A stretch of DNA of 64,000 bases from the human T2T-CHM13v2.0 reference genome, Homo sapiens. The position numbers and the translations under genes are program-made. Of the stretch, positions 13,868 to 30,914 are shown piece by piece. The DNA is taken from NCBI GenBank assembly GCA_009914755.4, contig CP086569.2, positions 24,768,001-24,832,000 of the forward strand, written 5' to 3'. Each line of letters begins with the position of its first letter. Positions within the stretch are counted from its first letter, which is position 1. The notes beneath the pieces were generated by a model. That model was not told the origin of the DNA. It saw only the letters and a list, made by a program, of their open reading frames with translations, and made no database searches.

Positions 13868-14945
13868 TTTCATGCACTTATAAAGACATACGCTAGACTG
13901 GGCAATTTATAAAAGGAAGAGCAGTTTATGGACTTAGAGATTTATGTATCTGCCAAGGCAAAGAGGAGCAAGTCACATCTTATATGATGGCAGCAAGCAA
14001 AGAGAGAGCTTGTTCAGGGAAACACTGATGTTTAAAGCCATCAGATCTGATGAGACTTATTCACTGTCACAAGATCAGAACAAAAAAACACCTGCCCCCA
14101 CAATATGGTTACTCCCTATCTCATCCCCCTCCACCACATGTAAAAATGTAAGATAAAATTTCGATGGGGACATAGTCAAATCATATCATTCCAACCCTGG
14201 CCCCTCCAAAATCTCAAATCCTCACATTTCAAAACCAGTCATGCTTTTCCAATAGTACTGCAATGTCTTAACTCATTCAAGCATGAACTCAATAGTCCAA
14301 AGTCTGAGATTTTATCTGAGACAAGGCAAGTTTTTTTCTGCCTATGAACCTGCAAAAATTAAAGCAAGTTAGTTACATCCTAGATACAATGAGGGTACTG
14401 GCATTGGGAAAATACAGGCATTCCAAATATGAGAAACTGACCAGAATAAAGGGATTACAGGCCCTAAGTACATCTGAAATCTGATGAGGCACTAAAAATT
14501 TAAGGCTCCAGGATGATCTTCTTTAACCTAATGTCTCATATCCAGGTCATGCTGATGCAAGAGGTGGGTTTCTATGGTCTTGAGCAGATCCCCCCATGAG
14601 GCTTTATGGGGTACAGCCTTCCTCCCAACTGCTTTCACCATCTGGCATTGAGTATCTATGGGCTTTTCTGGGCACACCATCAAGCTGTCAATGGACTAAC
14701 CATTCTGAAGTCTGGAGGATGAAAACCCTCATTTCCCATCCCCACGATCATCATCTATGTCACTACCTGTGTTTTCAATGGTAGAAATGCTGTTGCCGAT
14801 GACAGGGATCAGGTATAGCTGCTGGATCACAGAATGTGTTTGATAAGTAGCTCCAGCGTCTTTGAGTCCCACAAATACTTTTGTTGGGTGGGGTCCAACA
14901 GGGGCAGATAGTCCCACTCAGTAAATGTTTCACAAGCTGAGATAA
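13868..14945 (-). mobile_element. MaLR (THE1/MST-type) LTR plus partial internal sequence, minus strand
   Basis: 13868-14190 is the reverse complement of a THE1-like LTR (...gactgggcaatttataaaaggaagagcagtttatgg...gcaagcaaagagagagcttgttcagggaaacactgatgtttaaagccatcagatctgatgagacttattcactgtcacaagatcagaac...cacctgccccc). 14190-14945 matches the MaLR internal consensus (ccctggcccctccaaaatctcaaatcctcacatttcaaaaccagtcatgc...gagacaaggcaagt...ctgcctatgaacctgcaaaaattaaagcaagttagttacatcctagatacaatgagggtactggcattggg...). Confidence 0.7.
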
Positions 14946-17204
14946 GAAGAAAAAAAAAACGCTTTCTTTGAAAGAGTTATAGAAGATGGCGTAGTATTAA
15001 ATTTTCATGTGTTAAACACAGACTTAACTTTGATCATTATGAGTTTGCTCATTAAAAACTTTTGCACTTAAAATGATTGTATTCAATTCATTGCCATTAG
15101 AACTTTACATTAAAAAAATGAGAGTTTTCCCAGTTTTAATTGAGCACTTCCTTTAAGTTATTGTTCTGACTCATAAAGCTATAACTTTCATGTAAATATC
15201 TGCTTCTTTCCTCAGCAAATAATGATAATCACTTTGCCTGAACTCAGAATTTTGTTGTGAGATGAAGTCAACGAGATGGTGTGTTTAAAATTATGGTGGA
15301 AGTGTAAATTCTTCTTTATTTAGTGTAAAACTGAATACCACTTACACGTCAATCCATCTCAGTGGTGGACTGCATAAATTAGAGCACACTGAATTGCAAG
15401 TTATGCAGCTACAAACAAAATTAAATGGATCTTCATATACTGACAGACGTGTGACGAAGTACAAAACGAAGTTAACAATATAGTCTATTGTATATATTCA
15501 TTTGTGTAAAAAATAAATAAATAGCTATATATATGGATTACTGCAGGCACAGAGATAATCTCTGGAACAGGAATATAAAATTGGTGGTCAGTTAATAATT
15601 GTTAGTATATATCATCCTATATAGTGAAAATATATATAAACTATGTAAAACAGTTAGCTAAAGCATTTAACAACAGCAGTGTTTGTTTAAAAAAAACTCA
15701 TTTGCAAATATATATTTACCATGTCAATACAATCATTAAATAAATTAACAAAAAAAGTGTTTTTTAAAAGCAAGTTTTTCCCTCTACATAGATCTCACAA
15801 TGCAAATGAAGATTTGATCTTTTAAGCAGTGAGTTAGCTGGAAACTCCTACAATGTGTTAAAAAAATACTTACATGGAAATATATATATATATATATAAA
15901 ATTTCGTATTTACTAATTACAGGCCTATACTGAATATGTTTGTTAATTACATACTTAACACTTAGCTTAATCTTGAAATACACTAAGTTTTATGTTACTG
16001 TATGTTAATTTGCTTACATTACCTTCCACTTTGAGTTTCAGTTCTGTGTAAGTTTAAACATTGCTACCTTTTTGTGGAACTTATTTGGATATTTAGAAGT
16101 AATAAAGTGCACTCAAATGTTTCCTTCTAATATCATGATTTTCAAAACCATTCCTCTTTTAGAATTTAATTAAAATAACAAGCAACTTCAGTGCATACAT
16201 TTTAAATATAACATTTTATAGCATTAAGTTTGGCCCCTCGTTAATGTAACATTTCCATATTTTTTCACATATGATAAAAACAACTCATGTGTTAAGTTAC
16301 CAAAACCAGCTACAGGAAACCATTAAAGAAAGGCATCTTCTTCAAAAAAATTGTATTCTCTCACTAAAGTTCTTCTACTTACATACCTGATGACTACAAA
16401 ATGTTGGGCTAGTTGACCAAAAACAAACAAACAAAAAAAAGTGAGTTACTTCTTTTTCTAAATGAAAAAAATAGTATTTCAAACCAAAGTAAATGAATAT
16501 TAATGAATAAAATCAGATTTATAATTTAAACCACTCACTAGTTATTGCCTTGTCTGTGTCATATATTGCAGTCAAAGAGCCTACTCTCATTTTTAGATTT
16601 TTTTACGCAGTCAATAGCTGGCGCAACAAGTAGCTCAAACTAGGATTCATGGTAGTGGGTGACCTACCTCTTGGAAATGCCTGTTCTGCTGGCAGTTCTT
16701 ACTTCTTATACATTGCAGGTGAACTATTGATGCAGGGAAGAGGAAAACATAAATTAATTTTAGGAAGAGAAAGTAATCATAATATTATTTGTAGAAAACC
16801 TAAATTAAGAAAAACCTGTTTTCTCAAAGAAAATACCTTTAAGTTTATTTGATATAATTAAACATCTCATTGTATCTTCAAACAATTTTGAATTTTCTTA
16901 CCAAAAAAGATCCTTAAAAAACAAACATTTATGTCAAGAAATGTAGTTTCCAAAGTAATATTTTTAAAGAAATTTCTAAAACCCCAGAGTTTTACACAAA
17001 AGAAAAATGATATTCTAAATAAACTTTCTCTTTTAATTACATATAAATGGATACACATTCATTTCCAATGAAAAGAGAATGCATTAAAATTATATTATTT
17101 TTCTTGACTTATGAGACATATGAAGAAACTCATAAACGTATGATATAGAAAATAAAGTTTTGCAACATGGATAAGTTTCTCAATTAGAAATTCATTCAAC
17201 TGCC

Positions 17205-17475
17205 AGACATCCTGACTCACACCTATAATCCCAGGACTTTCAGATGATGAGGCAGGCAGATTACTTGACATCAGGAGTTTGGGACTAGCCTGGCCAACAT
17301 GGTTAAACCCCATCACCTGTGTTGGTGCACACGTGTAATCTCAGCTAATCAAATGGCTGAGGCAGATTAATCCCTTGAAGCTCGGAAGCAGGGGTTGCAG
17401 CATGTCAAGATTGCACCACTGCACTCCAGCTGAAGACACTGTGTAAGATTCTATCCTCAAAATGAAAGAAAAGAA
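17205..17475 (+). mobile_element. Alu (5'-truncated by ~12 bp, internal deletions)
   Basis: cctgactcacacctataatcccaggactttcagatgatgaggcaggcagattacttgacatcaggagtttgggactagcctggccaacatggttaaacccc...ggaagcaggggttgcagcatgtcaagattgcaccactgcactccagctg. Confidence 0.8.
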
Positions 17476-17624
17476 ATTCAATCAACTGAGAATTGAAATA
17501 TACTACTTATTTACTTTTTGGTGCAGTTTGTCAAAACTCTGATTTATAGTTATTTTATAAAATCTCTTAAATAAGATGTGGCACATATTCCAAAGTTACT
17601 ATAACTGCTACAAAAATGAAAGCC

Positions 17625-18570
17625 TTTTAATTTTAATTTAATTTAATTTAAATTTATATTAAGTTTCATGATATGTATGCAGGACATGCAGATTTATTTC
17701 ACAGGTAAACGTGTGCCATGGTTGTTCACTGAACCCATTACCCCATCACCTAGGTATTTATCTCTGCATAAATTAGCTATTTGTCCTGAAGGTGTTGTTT
17801 TCCCACTTTCTTTATCCAGTCTGTCACTCATAGGCATTTGGGTTAATTCCATGACTTTGAATTTGTGAATAGTGCTGTAATACACATACACAGGCATGCG
17901 TCCTTGTAATAGAATGACTAATTTTGCAGGTGCTATACACCCAGTAATGAAATTGCTGAATCCAGTGGGATTGGGATTCTGAAAGACTAAAAGTGTGAAT
18001 CACCACACACTTTTCCACATTGTCTGTACTGATTTACATTCCAAAGAACAATGTAAAAACATTCCTATGACTGCACTAGCTCACTACCATCAGTTTTTTC
18101 ATGGGTATTAACTTATACGATAAAGATAGCCATCAATTTTGTTTCCACAAGACACAAACATATTTGGGCATTTCTTCCATGGGGAAAAAAAAAAGGCATT
18201 TACAATTGCACTTAATGGAAGAGGCCCAAAATGCTGCTCATCATCCTGCAATGCACAGCAAAAGCTCCTCACATAAAGAAATTTTATGAGTACAAAATGT
18301 CAAAATCAGAAATTCTGTTTCATCAGAAAGCTTTATAACACAGTGGAAGAGTGCTAACCTGAAGCCCAATGCCATGGGTTACAGAAGTATATTCTCAGAG
18401 ACTAGATGTCTGTGCAAGTAAGAGGGATAGGATGTTTCAGTGGAAATACCAGTCTTTCAACTTTAATTTCCAAAAGATTTTGAAATATAATGATTTTCAA
18501 ATAAGGTTTAAACATTCCAAATTGTAGGAGACTGAATTTTAAGTAGTTCAAGATCCAACAGAAGAAAGGC
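17625..18570 (-). mobile_element. Older L1 (L1PB/L1MA-like) 3' end fragment, minus strand
   Basis: The reverse complement reads ...gataaatacctaggtgatggggtaatgggttcagtgaacaaccatggcacacgtttacctgtgaaataaatctgcatgtcctgcatacatatcatgaaac followed by an A-rich tail, which is the L1 3'UTR/ORF2 end. ORF 17824..18018 (-) ...HTFSLSESQSHWIQQFHYWVYSTCKISH resembles the old-L1 ORF2 C-terminus. Confidence 0.65.
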
Positions 18571-18589
18571 ATTTAAACGCAACTAGCTA

Positions 18590-19085
18590 TGCTCCTTTTG
18601 TCATGAGATTTTGGGAGAGTCACCTTGCCAGTTGAAAACCTCTGCGGCCAGTGGTGCCTTTGCCTGCGTTTTCTCAGGCCTGCTAAGCTAGCTTTACCCA
18701 CTCTGCCTGACAGGCTGCACTCAGCTTGCATTATGGGCCAGGATTTAACACCTGCCAAGGGCAAACGTGAGGTAGAGTGGCAATGGTGTTTGAGCAAGTG
18801 TGGGGTCCAGCCGCTATAGACAGCCAGGCCTACCAGCTGTTGCAAAGCAAGAAATTTTAGGTACCAACAGAAGTACCATCTCACTGAGATGCAGCAGCTG
18901 GACCAGGCATACTGCAAGCAGCTTCCACAGCTGATACTGGGGAATGTAGTGGTGCCCAGAAGTTTCAGGATGCCAGAAACAGCAAAGCCCTAAAGAGGGT
19001 GTCACAGCCCTGGTTTTGAGATAGCCTAGCTGTCCTCTTACTTTTGTCTTTCACAACGTGATGAGCAAGAGACATTTTTTTCCCT
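18590..19085 (+). repeat. Unclassified ~500-bp interspersed repeat (LTR-like), copy B
   Basis: See copy A. It lies between the old L1 fragment (ending ~18570) and the 67-bp minisatellite/ERVL region. Confidence 0.75.
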
Positions 19086-19249
19086 GTTTGTGTTACAGTT
19101 CTTTCAGCACCACCATTCAGTGATTCTCAAATAATAGTTCTTTATCCAGGAAGAATGAGGTAGATGGACACGTGGAGAGTGAGACATTTATAGACAAGAT
19201 TTACTGAGGGACAGAACTCAAAAGAGATCCTGATTGGGTAGGTCTTCTC

Positions 19250-19690
19250 CACAGGCTGGATGTTCTGATGAGTGTCCAGCTCTCAGTGGAGAGACGGCTT
19301 TAGAGTGGGCAGCTTATCTTTACAGGCAAGTTGTCAAGGCTTAGTGTCCAGCTCTCAGCAGGAAAGAAACCCTGGACTTGGTAGCTTCTCCATCCAGCTG
19401 GTCATATTGTGAGATGTTAAGCTCTCCACAGAGTGAAGACCCTGGAGTGGGTAGGTCTACTTCACACCTGGTGGTTCCAAGATTGGCTAAGCCTTCAGCA
19501 AAAAGAAGACCCTCGACTGGGTAGCTCCTCACTCTAGCTGGTCATCCCATTATCTCCCCAGCTTTCAGCAGATACTGTGGTGGGTAGCTCCAGCCCACTG
19601 CTGATAGTCCTGACATCTCCTAAGCTTGCAGGAGAGAGATGGCCCTTGGGTAGGTAGCTCCTCTCCACAGCTGGTAGTTTGAATAGTCCT
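19250..19690 (+). repeat. Minisatellite: 6-7 imperfect tandem copies of a ~65-70 bp unit
   Basis: The units are ctctcagtggagagacggctttagagtgggcagcttatctttacaggcaagttgtcaaggcttagtgtccag / ctctcagcaggaaagaaaccctggacttggtagcttctccatccagctggtcatattgtgagatgttaag / ctctccacagagtgaagaccctggagtgggtaggtctacttcacacctggtggttcc... / ...cagcaaaaagaagaccctcgactgggtagctcctcactctagctggtcatccc... / ...cttgcaggagagagatggcccttgggtaggtagctcctctccacagctggtag. Confidence 0.8.
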
Positions 19691-19699
19691 CAAATGTGG

Positions 19700-22600
19700 C
19701 TGAGTCCAGGAATATTATTTGCTTCAAAGGAAAGAAAGTGCTTGCTGATTGGATTATTTGGCAACCATGCGTGCGTTTTAGAAAAAAGCAAAAGTGGTTC
19801 CCATTCTTGTCCATCAGCCTAGAACCTAGACTTCAGGCTGTAACTGGCTTGAAGGTGGAGCCTCAGTGGGGACCAGCAAATTTATCGCCAAGAGCCTGTG
19901 ATGGCTAACACTGAGTATCAATTTAACTGGATTGAGAGATACAGAGTATTAGTTTGGCATGTGTCTGTGTAAGTGTTGCCTAAAAGAGATTAACACTAGG
20001 GGCAGTGGGCTGGAGAAGGTAGTTCCACCCTTAATCTGGTGGGCACAATTGCCCTGTAATTGCTCTTCTCTGGAAACCACAGTCATGCAACGACAAAATT
20101 TAAATATGTTGAGAATAGTTGGATCCCGATGTGACAGGGGTCAAGTGGCACCACTCAAACATCAAAGGTGTGGGTACAGCGAAGGGATAGTGGCAGTCAA
20201 ATATTATGACTCCTGTAGAGCCTTGCCATTGGTTAATTAGTCACGGTGTTCGTGCAAGTGAAATTGATGGAAAGCTTACTGCATTCATACTTATGTTATA
20301 CATACAGAAATCGTTGCGTCAAAAGGACAAATCACTATTCGGAATGATGAAAACAGAGAAGTACGGCCCCTCCATCAATTACCAGGCTAGAGACAGTTTA
20401 AAGACCGAGAATCCATCGAATGAAGAGGAGGCTGGGTTCCCTTGACCAAGAAACCCACAACACAACTGACTATTTATGCAGTGAATCTTTACACAATCTT
20501 TCCCCAAGAAGACCTCCAGGCTTTACCAAAGTAATTGTGTACTAGGGAAAGGGAAATAGTCAGACTTTGGAGAAACTACTGGCCACTAGCTCTGTGCTGA
20601 TGTGGGTTCCAGGGGACCCAAAATGTTACTGTGGTCCTGCAGTTAAAGTAGGAGCTCAGGGAGGTCAGGTAATTAATAGTGCTTTAGCTTATTAGGTCAG
20701 ATTTACAGAGTGCCCAGTGAGTCCCTGGAGTCATCCTGTGGTCATTTTCCCAGTGCTAAATTGCATAACTGGCATAGATATACTTAGCAGCTGGCAGAAT
20801 CCCACATTTCCATGACCTCCAAGGTGAGGGCTACAACAATAGAAAAGGTTAAATGGAAGCCACAAGAGCTGCCCCTACCTAGAAAAATAGTAAATAAGAA
20901 ATGATATCAAAACCCTGAGAAGATTGTGAAGATGGGTGCCACCATCAAAAATTTCAAAGATGCTGGATTGGTAATTACCAGCACATTCTAATTCAACTCT
21001 CCCATTTGGCCTGTGCAAAAGACAGGTGGACCTTGGATAATCACATTGGAGTATTGCAACTTAATACAGTTGTGAATCAACATGCAGCTGATATTCTAGA
21101 TATGGTTTATTTTTTGAGCAAATTAATACATCTCCTGTCACATGGTATACAGCCATTCACTTGGCCAGTGCCCTTTTCTTTATTCCTTTCCATAAGGACC
21201 ACCAGAGGCAATTTGCCCTCAGCTGGCAAGGCCAGCAATACACATTTATTAACCTTGTTCAGGTGTATATTAACTTTCTGGCTTCCTGTCATAATCTTAC
21301 TCAGAGAGACCTTGATTGCTCTTCACTTCTGTAAAGTATCACAATGATTTCATCCATCTCATTGATGAAATTAGGCTGATTTGATGAGTGAGCAAGAAGT
21401 AGCAAGCACATTTGAATTATTGGTGAGACATTTATGTACCAGAAGATGTGAAATAAATGTGACTAAAATTCAGAGACCTTCTACCTCCGTAATGTTCCTA
21501 GAGGTCCAGTCTTGGGAAGCCTGTCAAAATATCCTTTCCAGGGAGAAGAACAAGTTGTTGTGTGAGGCCCCTCTTATAACCAAGAAAGAGGCACAATACT
21601 TACTAGGCCTAGTTGGATTTTTGAAGCAGTACCTTTTTTATTTGAATATGTCCCACTGGCCCACTTATTAGTGACCCAAAGGGCTGCCAGCTTTCAGGGG
21701 CATCCAAAACAGGAAAAGACTCTGCAACTACTTCAGGCTGTGTTGCAAACCCCTCTACTCTTTGGGCCATATGAACCAGGAGATTCAATGATGCTTGAAG
21801 TTTCAGTGGCAGATAGGAATGTTGTTTGGAGCTAAATAACTGTGGCAGCAGTGTCCTGCTCATTAAATCTACTTGTCTTACCATGTTTCCCATTATCCTG
21901 AAGGAGCTGGATAAATAGAATGGTTAAGTGGCTTTTTGAAGTTACAATTACAATGCCAACGATGTGACAATACTTTGCAGTGCTCCCACAGGTGAATCAG
22001 ACCATACATCTCTAGGATTTTGAAGCAAGGCCCTGCCATTTTCTGCAGATAACTAGTATTCTTTGGAGAGACAGCTCTTGGCCCATTGCTGGGCTTTGGT
22101 GAAACATTTCAATGTTGGTCATCAAGTCACCATGTGAACTACACTGCCTATCATGAACTTGGTGCTTTCTGACCCATCGAGTCTTAAAGTGGGTTGTGCA
22201 CAGCAGGATTTCATCATGAAATGGATGTGGTATACATGTGGCCAGGCTTAAGCAGGTCCTAAGGCACAACTAAGTTACCTGAGAAAGTGGTTCAAATGCT
22301 CACGATCTCCACTGCAGCCACCCCATCTTCACTCCTTCAGCCTATGTCGATACCCAAATGGCCAGATTTCTGACTATATACTGATTCATGGTCCATAGCT
22401 AATGGTTTGTCTGGGTGTCAGGCACTTGGTAGATGCATGATTAGAATATTGGTGAGAAAGATATTTGAGGAAGACGTATGTGGACGGACCTTTGTGAGTG
22501 GTCAAAAGCTGTCAAAATATTTGTATTCCATGTGAGTTCTAACCAACGAGCAGCCTTAGTAGATAAAGAGTTTAATAATCAAGTGGATAAAAACACTGGT

Positions 22601-23790
22601 TCCAGGGACACCACTCTGCCTCTTTCCCCAGCCACCCCTGTCATTGCCCGATGAGTCCATGAACAAAGCGGCCATGGTGGCAGAAATTGAGGTTACACAT
22701 GTGCTCAGCAACATGGACTTCCACTCACAAAGCCTGACCTGGCTATGGCCACTGCTGAGTGCCCAATTTGCCAGTACCAGAGGCCAAAACTGAGCCCTCA
22801 GTATGGCCCAGTTTCTTGGGGTGATCAGCCAGCTACCTGGTGACAGATTAATTATACTGGAACTCTTTCATCAAGGAAATGGCAGAGGTTTGTCCTCACT
22901 GGAATAGCCACTTACTGTGGATATGGGTTTCCCCATTCTTCATGCAATGCTTCTGATAAGACTACCATTCATGAACTCACAAAATGCCATATTCACCATT
23001 ATGGTGTTCCACACAACATTTCCTCTGACCAGTGCACTAACTTTACAGCTAAAGAAATGTGGCAGTGGGCTCCTGCTCATTAAAACGCTGGTCTTACCAT
23101 GTTTCTCATTATCTTGAAGCAACTAAATTAATAGGATTGTGAAGTGGCCTTTTGAAGTTACAATTGCAATGCCAACTATGTGACAATACTTTGTAGGGCT
23201 GTGGCAAAGTTCTCCAGAAGACCATATGTTCTCTGAATCAGCATCCAATATATGGTATTGTTACTTCTGTAGCCAAAATTCGCTGGTCCAGGAATCAAGC
23301 GATGGAAGTAGAAATTTCACCACTCACTATCACTCCTGTGCTTCACTAGCAACATTTTTGTTTCCTGTTTCTTATGATATTATGTTCTGCTGGCCTAGAG
23401 GTCTTAGCTCCCCAAGGAAAAGCGCTGCCACCAGATGAAACAAAACTGATTCCATTAAACTGGAAGTCAAGATTGCCACCTGGACACTTGGGCCTCCTCC
23501 TACCTTTACGTCAGCATTGTAAAAAGGCAGTTACAGTGTTGACTGAGGTGATTGACCTGAACTATCAAGATGAAATCAGCCTACTCCTCCACAATGGAGG
23601 GAAGAAAGAGTGTGGCATAAAATACAGAAGATGCATTAAGATGTGTTCCAGAATTACCATGACGTGCAACCAAGGTCAGTGGAAAACTACAACAGCCCAA
23701 TTCTGACAGGGCTACAGTTGGATCAGACCCTTCAGGTATTAAGGTTTGGGTCACTCACCAGGGTAACAACAACAAAAGGAACAACAACAA
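19700..23790 (+). mobile_element. ERVL (class III endogenous retrovirus) internal region: degraded gag-pro-pol with C-terminal dUTPase
   Basis: ORF 21006..21347 contains reverse-transcriptase palm/fingers motifs (...DILDMVYFLSKLIHLLSHGIQPFTWP...GNLPSAGKASNTHLLTLF). ORF 21381..21671 is the RT thumb (...FLEVQSWEACQNILSREKNKLLCEAPLITKKEAQYLLGLVGFLKQY). Integrase-like frames run ~22560-23120 (...ECPICQYQRPK... HHYGVPHNISSDQCTNFTAKEMWQWA). ORF 23374..23706 is a dUTPase-like domain downstream of the integrase (...LNWKSRLPPGHLGLLLPLRQHCKKAVTVLTEVIDLNYQDEISLLLHNGGKKE...), which is diagnostic for ERV-L. Many stops and frameshifts are present. Confidence 0.75.
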
Positions 23791-23999
23791 CAAAACAATA
23801 AAAACCGCAACCTGCTGAGGTGCTTGAGGAAGATAAAAGGAAGGCAGAATGGGTGTTAGAAGAAGTTAGTCATCCATATCCGCTATAAACAAGTGACCAG
23901 CTGCAGAAATGAGGACGTTAATTGTTTTAAGTATTTCGTCCTTCTTTTGTTAAAAAAAAAAAAGTTTGTGCATGTATACACATGTACTAAGAAAATTTT

Positions 24000-24590
24000 T
24001 TTTATTTTCCTTTATCATGCTACATAAGATTTATTGAGTTCTTATCAACATTTGTGTATTGTAAACTTTATGAAATAGTGTTTGGATTGGAGATTGCTGC
24101 ATTCCTGGTTGTAAGAGGATAATTGTATTATGTTAGGTGTAATTATTACCTCATTTCTGTCTGCATTTGAAGATTATGTATTATAGCAGGAGATGTGATT
24201 TGATTCGAGTTAACAAGGGGTGGACTTGTGATGCTTAATACTGAGTGTCTCATTCATTGGATCGAAGGATAGAGAGTATTAATCGTGGATGAGTTTCTTG
24301 GGTGGTTCACCCCCAAAAATTAACATTTGAGTCAATGGGAAGATCTACATTAATCTGATGGGCACAATCTCATGAGCTTCTAGCGAATATCAAGCAGACA
24401 GAAACATGTCAAAAAGCGAGATGGGACTAGCTTCGAAAGCATACATCTTTCTTCTATACTGGATACTTTTTCTCTCAGACAGTGGGCTCCAAGTTCTTCT
24501 AGGTTTGGGACTCAGACTTGCTCTCCTTGTTCCTCAGCTTGCAGGCAGCCTATTGTGATCATGTACGTAAGTACTTATAACCTCCCATAA
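24000..24590 (+). mobile_element. MLT2-like LTR, presumed 3' LTR of the ERVL remnant
   Basis: The 3' end gggactcagacttgctctccttgttcctcagcttgcaggcagcctattgtgatc resembles the MLT2/HERVL LTR terminus (ggactcagactgcaa...ccagcctgc.ggcctgccctgcagatt). It sits directly downstream of the dUTPase region in the same orientation. A matching 5' LTR is not recognisable. Confidence 0.45.
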
Positions 24591-24665
24591 ATATTTATAT
24601 ATACATATACACAGGCACACACACACACTCACACATATACATGCATATATAAAAATATATAAAGG
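24590..24665. repeat. (CA)n/(TA)n-type simple repeat between the ERVL LTR and the L1 polyA
   Basis: tatatatacatatacacaggcacacacacacactcacacatatacatgcatatataaaaatatata. Confidence 0.8.
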
Positions 24666-24708
24666 GATGGAAAACTAAACAGTCTGTAAGTATTTTCAAA
24701 AAGTATTC

Positions 24709-30914
<6,206 letters not shown>

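Noticed and set aside
19250-19690. Periodic direct repeats that superficially resemble a CRISPR array
   Set aside because: This is a eukaryotic (Alu/L1-laden) sequence. The units are imperfect ~67-bp tandem copies without unique spacers, so it is a minisatellite.
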